Source: Edaphobacter aggregans
GTDB taxonomy: Bacteria > Acidobacteriota > Terriglobia > Terriglobales > Acidobacteriaceae
Direction: 5' to 3'
Length of the DNA: 32,000 bases
Assembly: GCF_003945235.1 (NCBI RefSeq)
Contig: NZ_RSDW01000001.1
Span: forward strand, 2,700,001-2,732,000
Part shown: one piece after another, positions 7,491 through 16,324 of the stretch
Layout of the letters: the number at the start of each line of letters is the position of its first letter
How positions within the stretch are numbered: position 1 is the stretch's first letter
The notes under the pieces: model-generated
What the model saw: the letters and a program-made list of their open reading frames with translations, nothing else
What the model was told of the DNA's origin: nothing
Databases searched by the model: none
Position numbers and translations under genes: made by a program

Positions 7491-10400
7491 ATGCGTTTAA
7501 TTGTGGTTTTGGTTTCTTTGTGTCTGCTGCCGAAGTGTGTCTTGGGCCAGGGATCGACGAGTGGGGCTGCTGAGAAGGTAACCAATAGTGTTGCGAGTAC
7601 GCGGCAGGGTCAATCGTGGGGGAACGGCAAGATACGGTCTACCGCTATGCGGCCGATGGAACGGGTTCCAAAGAGATTACAGCGGTACTTCGGATACAGT
7701 CTGAGGCTGCAGCGCGCCAGTTCGGGGGTCTTGACGATTCCATTTTGCGGGGAAGCAATGAGCGGGTGGAGATCGACTACGTGAGAGTGCGGAAGGCAGA
7801 TGGGAGCGTGGTAGAGACTCCAGCGGCTGATGCGCAGGAGGTCACGCGGCAGGCGCCGTTTTACAGCGATCTGAAGGAAAAGCAGCTCCCCGTGCGGAAC
7901 CTACGCGTAGGCGACAAACTCGAGTACAAAGCCCGTATCGTGGGGACCAAGGCAGAGGCCCCGGGAGAGTTTTGGGGACAGGAAAGCTTGGGTTACGGAA
8001 TCGTCGTTCTCGATGAGAACCGTTGAGCTGCGTGTGCCAAAAGGAAAATATGTAAAGGTCTGGAGCCCGGGACACGATCCGGTGAAGAACGAGTCTGGTA
8101 ACGAGATGGTCTATTGGTGGACCGGATCGCAGCTGGAGCCAACGATTAATGAGGACGGAAAAGCGAACCTCAAGGAGGTTGATTCTGATGGGGAGTTACC
8201 GACGATCGCTTGGACGACCTTCAAGAGCTGGGAGGATTTGGGCGCGTGGTATCGCGGACTTGAGGCTGACCGCGTAGTGGCGGACGCGGACGTGAAGGCA
8301 AAAGTTGCTGAGCTGATCGCGGGCAAGACACGCGACGAAGAAAAGGCTCGTGCTCTCTATGATTATGTCGCGACGCAGGTGCGGTATATCGGCGTGGCAT
8401 TCGGTGTTGGGCGGTATCAACCGCATCCTGCGAGCGAGGTGTTGCGCAACCAGTATGGCGATTGCAAGGACAAGCACACGCTTTTGGCGGCGATGTTGAC
8501 CGCGGCGGGACTTCATCCGGAGCCGGTGCTGATAGGGCGGGAATCAGGATGAATGAGGATGTCTCTTCACCCGGGGCATTCAATCACCTGATTACGACCG
8601 TTCCAATCAACGGCAAGCAGGTGTGGCTGGACTCGACTGCAGAGATCGCCCCGCACCAGGTATTGCTGGCGGCGATCCGCGACAAACAGGCTCTGGTGGT
8701 TCCGGAGAGCGGGGCGGCGAAGATTGAGAAAACTCCGGCAAACCTGCCGTTTGCGCCGTACAACCGATTTGTGGCGAAGGGTTCGCTGAGCAAAGAGGGC
8801 ACCATGAAGGCACAGATCGACTACACGACCCGTGGGGACGACGAGTTGATGGTGCGCGCAGTGTTGCGACAGATCCCGCCGGGGCAGTGGGACCAGCTTA
8901 TCCAGGAGTTCTCGCAGAGGATGGGGTTTGGTGGGACGACAAGCCATGCGTCGGCGGGACGTCCTGATGCGACGGCGGAACCTGAGACGGTGACCTACGA
9001 TTACGAGCGGGAGAAGACCGGGGATTGGGACGACTTCAAGATAATTTCGCTGTTTCCTGTGGTTTACATCGCGCAGGTGGATGAGAAAAATCCGCCGAAG
9101 AAATATCCGATCAATCTCGGAATACCGCGCGTGGACACGTCGATCTCGACGATCAAGCTGCCCGATGGATGGGGCGCGGAACTACCGAATGCGGTGCATG
9201 AGCACACGGCCTTTGCCACCTTCGACAAGACGTACAAGCTGGATCATGGAAGCCTGATCAGCGAACGTAGAATCGAGATTCTGCAGGAAAAGGTTCCGGC
9301 CAGCGAGTGGAAGGCGTACAAGAAGTGGCTGGACGCGACGATCACGGATGGTGAGCCGTTTATTCAACTGACAAGCACGAGGACAAAACCTGGGGAGAAA
9401 GGTCCACCTGCAGCCGACACGGAGAACGAGGGAGCTGCGAAGTTGGTCAAAGCGGCGTACGAGGCAGTACGACGACATGATCTGGACAGAGCAGAACAAG
9501 AGCTAGATCTTGCGAAAGAAATGAATCCGAAGCAACCTTCACTTTGGAGCACATATGGCTATCTGGCATTTCAGCGGAAGCAGTGGGAAAAGGCGGTAGA
9601 TGCCTATGCAAAGGAGCTTGCGCTGTACCCCGATACCTCGTGGGTTTACGAAGCAATGGCGCACGCACAAAGCAACATGGCCTTAAACAAGAGGCAAAGG
9701 AGACGTTGCGGAAGCGACTAGCGATGTCGGAAGGTGATTTGGCGGCGACGAATCTGCTTGCACAGCTATTGATGACGGATAATGAAAATGCTGAGGCGGT
9801 GAAAGTGCTGAAGCTAGCCGCCACGAAGAATCCAGAAGACAAGACACTCATGCTGAGGCTGGGGCGCGCCGAGATGGCAGCGGGACAGAATCTGGAGGGT
9901 ACATCGACTCTAACTGCTCTATTGCAAGATTCGACCGACGCAGAAATATTGAATGACGCAGCCTATGAGTTGGCAGACGCAAATAGTGAGATGGATTTGG
10001 CCGAGAAAAGCTGCAGAAAGGCTCTGGATATTTTGACAACCGAAAGCGCAGCATGGACGCTTGACGGCGATGCAAAGACTCAGGCAGCCAAGTCAACACT
10101 TCTGGTGGCAACGTGGGACACGATGGGATGGATACTCTTCCATGAGGGAAATCTGGATGAGGCGGAAGGATATGTACAGGCGGCCTGGCGAAACAATTCG
10201 CATTCTGAGGTTGGATTGCATCTTGGGGAGATAGAAGAAGCGCGCGGCAATCGTTAGTCGGCTTTGACGCTATATCATTTGGCGCAGCTAAGTCAGCCGA
10301 CAGGACCGAACGGAACCTCGCTGATTCCTCAGCAGGTGAATACCGAGCTGAAACGGCGAGCGGATGCGTTGTTGCAACGGGGTTTCAAGTACTCCTCCAA

Positions 10401-10680
10401 GGAGGAAGAGGAGCAGCTAGGAAAGCTGAAAAGGTTGCGTGCCGACGACTCCGACCACGAGAGCGGAATGGCAGACTACGAAATTTTGCTATAGGAGGAT
10501 CGGGTTAACGACATACGTCCCAGCCCAGATGCAGCAACTGTGGTGGAGGGTGGAGTCGCAAAGGTACGGGGAATTGATTTCAAGGGGTGGACGCCACCGA
10601 GATCGAAGGCAAAGCTCCGTTTACGCGTGTTGCTGAATTGTCATAACAACGCGTGTGAGTTGGAAAGACTTCCAATATAG
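7491..10680 (+). pseudogene. Disrupted gene for a secreted DUF3857-like / transglutaminase-like / TPR protein (four frameshifts, two in-frame TAG)
   Basis: Track fragments 7491-7784, 7616-8026, 8013-8552, 8462-9721, 9544-10257, 10264-10494 and an untracked 10495-10680 read as one protein. It runs: signal peptide MRLIVVLVSLCLLPKCVLG; N-domain ...VYRYAADGTGSKEITAVLRIQSEAAARQFG; transglutaminase core QYGDCKDKHTLLAAML | FNHLITTVPINGKQVWLDSTAEIAP split across two frames; TPR-like C-terminal region; tail ...AKLRLRVLLNCHNNACELERLPI. Frame changes lie near 7590-7615, 8010-8025, 8530-8550 and 9665-9720. In-frame TAG codons lie at 10255-10257 and 10492-10494. Confidence 0.75.
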
Positions 10681-10734
10681 GTTTCTGGTGTTCCGCGCAT
10701 ACGTCGCAACGGTAAGTTCGCTAAACTGGGAAGA

Positions 10735-12027
10735 ATGGCTATTTTGAAGGCAGTACGTGGGACGCGCGATTTGTTGCCGCCCGAGACGGAGCTTTGGAAC
10801 CGGGTGGAGGCTACCGCGAGGGCGGTGTTTGCGCGGTATGGGTTTGGGGAGATTCGGACGCCGGTGTTCGAGCCGACGGAGCTGTTTGCGCGTGGGGTGG
10901 GCGAAGAGACGGATATCGTCTCGAAGGAGATGTACACGTGGGAGGATCGCGGGCGGGCTGACAGCGATAAGGGACAGAGTCTGACGCTGCGGCCTGAGAA
11001 TACTGCGGGAGTGGTGCGGGCTTATATCGAGCACAAGATGGGCGATGCGGGGATGCTGCAGAAGCTCTTCTATATTGGGCCGCAGTTTCGACGGGAACGC
11101 CCTCAGCGAGGAAGATACAGGCAGTTCTGGCAGATTGGTGCGGAGGTGCTTGGGCCGGCGTGGTCGGGTTCGGAGAGCGCTTTGCGGGATGCCGAGGTGT
11201 TGGAGATGCTGGCGGCGCTTCTGAATGAGCTGGGTGTGAAGGGATGGCGGCTGGCGTTGAACTCGGTGGGGTCTGCTACGGATCGAGCGCGGTATAGCGC
11301 GGCGTTGCGGGATGCATTGGCTCCGGTGAAGCATTTGATGTGCGAGGACAATCAGCGGCGGGCGGAGACGAATCCGCTGCGGGTACTGGACTCGAAGGAT
11401 CCGGGCGATCAGGAGATTATCAACGGATTGCCGAAGATTGCCGACTATCTGGATGAGGCCTCACAGGAACACTTTGCACAGGTGAAGGCGGCTCTGGATT
11501 CTTGCGGGGTGGAGTACGTGGTCGAGCCGAGGCTGGTGCGGGGGTTGGACTACTACACGCGGACAACGTTTGAGTTTACGGTTCCGGATGGCAGCGGGCT
11601 GGGAACGCAGAATGCTCTGCTGGGCGGCGGCCGGTATGACGGACTGAGCGAGATGCTTGGCGGGCCGAAGGCTCCGGGGATCGGGTTTGCGATTGGCGAG
11701 GACAGGCTGATTTTGACGCTGCAGGCTCAGGCTGCCGAGGCCGAGGCGAAGAAGATGGATGCGTTTATTGCTCCGATGGGTGTGGGTCAGAATGCTGCGG
11801 CGCTCTCGCTGGCGAGTGAATTGCGTCGGGCAGGCCTGTCGATTGAAGTTGGCGACGGGTCGTTCCGGCTGAAGAAGTCGTTTGAGGCCGCCGATAAGCT
11901 GGCACGGAAGATGGTTATTGTCGGCGAGGATGAGGTTTCGTCCGGTATTCTGACCGTAAAGGACTTTGCGGCGGGAGAACAGACGAAGGTCCCGCGGGCT
12001 GAATTGGCGGCAGCGTTGCGCCAGTGA
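10735..12027 (+). CDS. hisS: Histidine--tRNA ligase
   Basis: 430 aa with AVRGTRDLLPPE, RPENTAGVVRAY, GPQFRRERPQRGRYRQFWQIGAEVLG (class II motif 2) and LLGGGRYDGL. Confidence 0.95.
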   Translation: MAILKAVRGTRDLLPPETELWNRVEATARAVFARYGFGEIRTPVFEPTELFARGVGEETDIVSKEMYTWEDRGRADSDKGQSLTLRPENTAGVVRAYIEHKMGDAGMLQKLFYIGPQFRRERPQRGRYRQFWQIGAEVLGPAWSGSESALRDAEVLEMLAALLNELGVKGWRLALNSVGSATDRARYSAALRDALAPVKHLMCEDNQRRAETNPLRVLDSKDPGDQEIINGLPKIADYLDEASQEHFAQVKAALDSCGVEYVVEPRLVRGLDYYTRTTFEFTVPDGSGLGTQNALLGGGRYDGLSEMLGGPKAPGIGFAIGEDRLILTLQAQAAEAEAKKMDAFIAPMGVGQNAAALSLASELRRAGLSIEVGDGSFRLKKSFEAADKLARKMVIVGEDEVSSGILTVKDFAAGEQTKVPRAELAAALRQ

Positions 12028-12110
12028 ACTGCATCGGGTTTGAATCTATAGATACCAAAGATACGGCGAGCTGAGTTCCGCTGCCGAAATCATTTAGTAA
12101 GGAAGCGACA

Positions 12111-13955
12111 GTGCTTGATTTTTTAGGGAATTTGCAGCGGACGCATAAGTGTGGCGAGCTTCGTGTGGAGCAGGCCGGCCAGGATGTTGTGCTGATGGGC
12201 TGGGTGAACCGGCGGCGGGACCATGGGAACCTGATCTTCCTCGACGTGCGTGATCGCACGGGCATTACGCAGGTTGTGCTGGACAAGGAAGTCTCGGGTG
12301 AGGCGCATGCCAAGGCTGAAGCAGCGCGATCGGAATATGTCGTTGCGGTGAAGGGTTCGGTGCGGCGGCGTGGGGCCGGGCTTGAGAATCCGAATATGCC
12401 TACCGGCGAGATTGAGGTCGTTGCGCGGGAACTTCTTCTGCTGAATGAGGCGAAGACTCCTCCGTTCTCGCCGGCTGAGGATGCGATTGCGAACGAAGAG
12501 GTTCGGCTGAAGTACCGCTATCTTGATCTACGGCGGGCGGAGATGCAGCGGAACTTTGAGCTACGGCATAAGGTGGCACAGGCAATTCGCGGGTATCTTT
12601 CGGAGAATGGGTTTCTGGAGATTGAGACTCCGTTTATGACGCGGTCGACGCCGGAGGGCGCGCGGGATTATCTGGTGCCGAGCCGGGTTCATGCGGGAAG
12701 CTTCTATGCGCTGCCGCAGTCGCCGCAGATCTTTAAGCAGATTCTGATGATTTCGGGGTTCGACCGATATTTTCAGATTGCGCGGTGCTTCCGGGATGAG
12801 GATTTGCGCGCTGACCGACAGCCTGAGTTTACGCAGATCGACCTGGAGCTGACGTTTCCGCAGCAGGATACGGTGTTTCGTATCGTCGAAGGATTTTTAA
12901 CGGCGGCGTTCAAGACGGCGGGGATCTCGCTGACGACTCCGTTTGTGCAGATGACGTATGACGATGCGATTCGGCGGTATGGGATCGATAAGCCGGATAT
13001 GCGGCTGCCTGCGCTGACAGAACTAACGGATGAGCTTACGCCTGCGCTGCGCGAGCAGTTGAAGATCGAACAGAAGCTTCCGGTGTTGGGTTTCGTGATT
13101 CCGAAGGCTGGTGGATTGAGCGGGACGCAGCGGCGCGCACTAGTCGATGATATTCGCAAGGAGTTTGGCGACTGCGGTCTCGACTCGCTGGATGTGTCTC
13201 GGCTGAAGACGAATGAAGCGTTTGCTCCGCTGGCTAATGCGATTGAGGCAAAGCTGGCGGCGGAACCTACGCTTGAGGACGGCGTGACGGCGGACGACCT
13301 GGTGGTCGTGATTACTCCGAAGTTGGGTACTCCGGAGAAGTGGAACTACGACCCACAGTGGACCTACAAACGTGTGGGCGCACTGCGCCTGCAACTGGCT
13401 CAGAAGTTCGCCGACAAGCATGGGCGGTTTGTGCAAACGGGGACAGAGGCGGACTTTAAATTTGCGTGGGTCACCGACTTTCCGATGTATGAGTGGGATG
13501 AGGAGGCGAAGGTGTGGAACGCGGCGCACCATCCGTTCACCTCGCCGCATGAGGACGACATTAAGGCTGGGCGACTGACCAGTGATAAGGGCGCAGTGCG
13601 TGCTTTGGCGTATGACATTGTGCTGAATGGGACGGAGCTGGGGTCGGGGTCGATTCGTATTCATCGGCAGGATGTACAGGCGGAGATCTTCCGGTCGCTG
13701 GGGATGAGCGATGCCGAGGCGAAGGAGCGGTTTGGGTTCTTCCTGGATGCTTTGGAGTACGGTACTCCTCCGCATGGTGGCATTGCGCTGGGGTTGGATC
13801 GGATTGTGATGATTCTTGCTGGAGCGCAGAGTCTGCGGGAGGTGATTGCCTTCCCGAAGACGGCCAAGGCCATCGATCTTATGGTGGATGCTCCTACTCC
13901 GGTTAGCGAACAGCAGATGCGGGAGCTGCATTTGAAGACTGTGACACGGAGCTAG
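12111..13955 (+). CDS. aspS: Aspartate--tRNA ligase (bacterial type, possibly non-discriminating)
   Basis: 614 aa with GWVNRRRDHGNLIFLDVRDRTGITQVV (OB fold), FYALPQSPQIFKQILM, CFRDEDLRADRQPEFTQID and PPHGGIALGLDRIVM. GTG start with AAGGAAG upstream. Confidence 0.95.
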   Translation: MLDFLGNLQRTHKCGELRVEQAGQDVVLMGWVNRRRDHGNLIFLDVRDRTGITQVVLDKEVSGEAHAKAEAARSEYVVAVKGSVRRRGAGLENPNMPTGEIEVVARELLLLNEAKTPPFSPAEDAIANEEVRLKYRYLDLRRAEMQRNFELRHKVAQAIRGYLSENGFLEIETPFMTRSTPEGARDYLVPSRVHAGSFYALPQSPQIFKQILMISGFDRYFQIARCFRDEDLRADRQPEFTQIDLELTFPQQDTVFRIVEGFLTAAFKTAGISLTTPFVQMTYDDAIRRYGIDKPDMRLPALTELTDELTPALREQLKIEQKLPVLGFVIPKAGGLSGTQRRALVDDIRKEFGDCGLDSLDVSRLKTNEAFAPLANAIEAKLAAEPTLEDGVTADDLVVVITPKLGTPEKWNYDPQWTYKRVGALRLQLAQKFADKHGRFVQTGTEADFKFAWVTDFPMYEWDEEAKVWNAAHHPFTSPHEDDIKAGRLTSDKGAVRALAYDIVLNGTELGSGSIRIHRQDVQAEIFRSLGMSDAEAKERFGFFLDALEYGTPPHGGIALGLDRIVMILAGAQSLREVIAFPKTAKAIDLMVDAPTPVSEQQMRELHLKTVTRS

Positions 13956-14019
13956 AGTTTCAGTCTTAAGTTCCGAACCACCGTTATTTAGATTCAGGAG
14001 TTGTGTGTAGCCGATAGTA

Positions 14020-14045
14020 GTCCCCGGTCCCAGAACCGAGACCGG
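14020..14045. terminator. Hairpin in the convergent aspS / ferritin-like spacer (possible bidirectional terminator)
   Basis: CCCCGGTC (14020-14027) pairs with GACCGGGG (14038-14045) around a 10-nt loop. There is no clear U tract. Confidence 0.35.
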
Positions 14046-14138
14046 GGCATCCGGCCGCAACGCTTTTCTGCCGTCGAACTTTTTCCATCTCACGTTACAT
14101 ATGGCTGTAACCGCCTGTTCCGACTGGCAAAAGAGTCT

Positions 14139-15272
14139 TTATCGTCCTCCCCGCCTGGCTTCATCTGCATCCTCAGCCAGATCGTTCAACAACCTGAAGA
14201 ACGCTCCCGATTGACCCTTAAACAGTCCCATCGCCGTCAGGAACTTGACCACGCCCATGGCAATGCCCTCTGTTTCTGTGGGACGGATGATCGAACATGG
14301 CGGGAGTTTGCGGCTCAGGAATGGGCAAGGCTCAGGCATGATCAGATTAGTTTGGAACTCTTCACCACCAAACGGGGGAGAGTTTAGGTCCGGAAACGTC
14401 ACCGAGACTTTTGTTACTGGATCCACGGCGGTAAGAGGAGGTGCGTTTCCCGCCTTATCCGACCAGGTTTGGAAGTGCATAGTCTCGGTGGGGCCAATAC
14501 TGATCAGAATTCGCAGAACCTCCACGCTGGTGGCTCTTTGGGCCATCGAGGGGTAGAGGCTGTTGCCACCCTGTTCGATTGTGGGGAAGTGGAAACCGGC
14601 AGTATTTGCGATCGCCTGAAGAAAGTTTGGGTCCGTCGTATCGGCATCCGTTCTGGGAATTGCCGTGTGCTCCCCTACCGCTAACGCTGGTACCGCCTGG
14701 GGGAAGGTGAAATTCGGATCGAGGTCAGGGTTATGGGCACTGTCACGATAGCGAGTCCACCAACTGGTATCCAGGGTGAGTTGCATCAAGTTTGTGATCC
14801 GTAGTTTCCCGCTGGAGCCTGTCGCCGTGCTGCCCTGAAGAGTGCGAAATGGCTCAAGACTTACTGTGTCCGCCCCCTTGGAGGCAAGATATGCGTTGAG
14901 GAAGTTCTGGTGGGTGAATTCATCGTCAGTATTGTCGTGAACGTACTGGGCCATGTCGGAGTCCAGCACAGAAAGAGCAGCGGTGAAGGCTGGGTTTCCG
15001 CTACCACTTGGTTCCTCGCTATCCTGGATGCCCGCGAGTTCGTTGTATTGCACCCAGAAGTCCGTCTCGATGATTTCTGCTGCAGCGGCGAACCGAAGCA
15101 TGGCTGCATCTCCTCGAGTGAGACGGCCGCTGCGTTCTTCATCTGCCAGTAGGGATGGGCCATTGGCGAGGAGCCCGGCGCCAGTGGTCGCGATAGTTGC
15201 TGCGGTCAGTCCGTTTTTTACAAACGAACGCCGGTTGATCTCCGTCTTCATACTGCTCCACATGTTTTGCAT
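14139..15272 (-). CDS. Tat-exported ferritin-like domain protein (putative di-iron fold)
   Basis: Twin-arginine signal EINRRSFVKNGLTAATIATTGAG. Two ExxH motifs (DDEFTHQNF and PTETMHFQTW) sit in two helical halves. AAGGAGG lies 7 nt upstream of the ATG at 15272. Confidence 0.8.
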   Translation of the reverse strand: MQNMWSSMKTEINRRSFVKNGLTAATIATTGAGLLANGPSLLADEERSGRLTRGDAAMLRFAAAAEIIETDFWVQYNELAGIQDSEEPSGSGNPAFTAALSVLDSDMAQYVHDNTDDEFTHQNFLNAYLASKGADTVSLEPFRTLQGSTATGSSGKLRITNLMQLTLDTSWWTRYRDSAHNPDLDPNFTFPQAVPALAVGEHTAIPRTDADTTDPNFLQAIANTAGFHFPTIEQGGNSLYPSMAQRATSVEVLRILISIGPTETMHFQTWSDKAGNAPPLTAVDPVTKVSVTFPDLNSPPFGGEEFQTNLIMPEPCPFLSRKLPPCSIIRPTETEGIAMGVVKFLTAMGLFKGQSGAFFRLLNDLAEDADEARRGGR

Positions 15273-15332
15273 AGAGGAGCCTCCTTACCCTGAGGCTGAA
15301 CCTTCTAACCGGGGTAAGTGTCAGTGAAGCGT

Positions 15333-15388
15333 AATGATGTTGTCATTTATAAATTTGGCGTATTTACACGGTGTTCACGTAAATACGC
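15333..15388. promoter_or_regulatory. Inverted repeats upstream of the ferritin-like gene (candidate operator, or rhomboid-gene terminator)
   Basis: AATGA-N5-TCATT at 15333-15347. A perfect 10-bp inverted repeat GCGTATTTAC (15358-15367) / GTAAATACGC (15379-15388) has an 11-nt spacer. Both lie in an AT-rich patch 60-115 nt upstream of the start at 15272. Confidence 0.3.
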
Positions 15389-15444
15389 GAAGACCAAGAG
15401 AATGAGAGATGTAGAAAACTCATGTCCCTGACAACTCTGCGCTG

Positions 15445-16272
15445 CTAGTTCATCCACCGCTTGTCTTTGGGATCGCGGTGAAGTTCGTCAGGGTCGACGT
15501 AGCGGCCTTCTTTGTCGAAGTGGACTTCGCGGTTTTGCTTGCGCATGTAGACCTCGAACTTGCGGGCGGCACGGCGGCGCTTCCAACGATAGTAGCTGTT
15601 GCGCAGGCCGAAGAGGCGCTCACTGAAACCGAAGGCGATGCCTCGTCGTGGCGCGAACTTAACGAAGAGATAGCCGCTGAGAGCACCTGAGAGCTGCAGC
15701 AGGGCTCCGAAGCTGTCGGCTTGTTTGAGCAGGACGGCAATGGCGATAAGGATGTAGATGGCGACGAGATACTTCGCCTTAATGCGGATGAGGAACCAGA
15801 GAAGAAATTCTTGGTCGCCGAAGAGCATGGCGATGGCCACGAGCAAACCAAAGACTCCGGCCCAGACACCCGCAGAGCCAACGTCAGTACGGAGACCGAA
15901 GACATGGGTAAAGGTGATGGCGGTGGCGATAACGGCTCCGCCGATGACGGAGGTCCAGTAGAGCTCGGCGAGCCAGCGACTGCCGTAGGCTCCTTCCAGT
16001 AACGTGCCGGTGAACCAGAGGGTGAGCATGCCGAAGAGAACACTGAGAATTCCCTGCTGCACGAGAGAGTAGGTGAAGAGCTGCCAGATCTCTCCTCGAA
16101 CCACGGCCAGTGGTTCGAGGATGAGATGGCTAAGGAGAAAGTTAGCGATGGATGGGGCAAGCCAGGACAGGATGGCGAGCGCAAAGAAGGCTCCGACGTT
16201 GAGGAAGATCAGCTTTCGCACTGTGCCCGCAAAGGGCGGCAGTGCCATCGTGATGGGACCGGAACGGGGCAT
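15445..16272 (-). CDS. Rhomboid-family-like polytopic membrane protein lacking the canonical catalytic residues
   Basis: The layout matches a rhomboid core: EIWQLFTYSLVQ (WR-loop/TM2 region), GILSVLFGMLTLWFTGTLLE, GSRWLAELYWTSVIGG, VGSAGVWAGVFGLL (in place of GxSG) and LLQLSGALSGYL (in place of AHLGG). A basic cytoplasmic tail ends ...YVDPDELHRDPKDKRWMN. Confidence 0.75.
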   Translation of the reverse strand: MPRSGPITMALPPFAGTVRKLIFLNVGAFFALAILSWLAPSIANFLLSHLILEPLAVVRGEIWQLFTYSLVQQGILSVLFGMLTLWFTGTLLEGAYGSRWLAELYWTSVIGGAVIATAITFTHVFGLRTDVGSAGVWAGVFGLLVAIAMLFGDQEFLLWFLIRIKAKYLVAIYILIAIAVLLKQADSFGALLQLSGALSGYLFVKFAPRRGIAFGFSERLFGLRNSYYRWKRRRAARKFEVYMRKQNREVHFDKEGRYVDPDELHRDPKDKRWMN

Positions 16273-16324
16273 GGCTTCCTCGGCTTCTATTTCACCATAG
16301 CTGTATGACTCTTGGCGTGGTGAG

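Noticed and set aside
10255-10494. Two in-frame TAG codons as possible programmed recoding (pyrrolysine or readthrough)
   Set aside because: The same gene also carries four frameshifts. No pyl genes or recoding signals are visible, and other genes in the window appear to use TAG as an ordinary stop. Decay is the simpler explanation.
10621-11334. 237-aa reverse-strand ORF overlapping hisS, and similar long antisense ORFs at 13140-14093, 16760-17674, 23028-23912, 26648-27696 and 29951-30871
   Set aside because: All lie opposite genes with strong family motifs (hisS, aspS, M28, pccB, polymerase/gluQ, kinase). They have Arg/Pro/His- or Gly/Asp/Val-rich shadow composition and no start-site signals.
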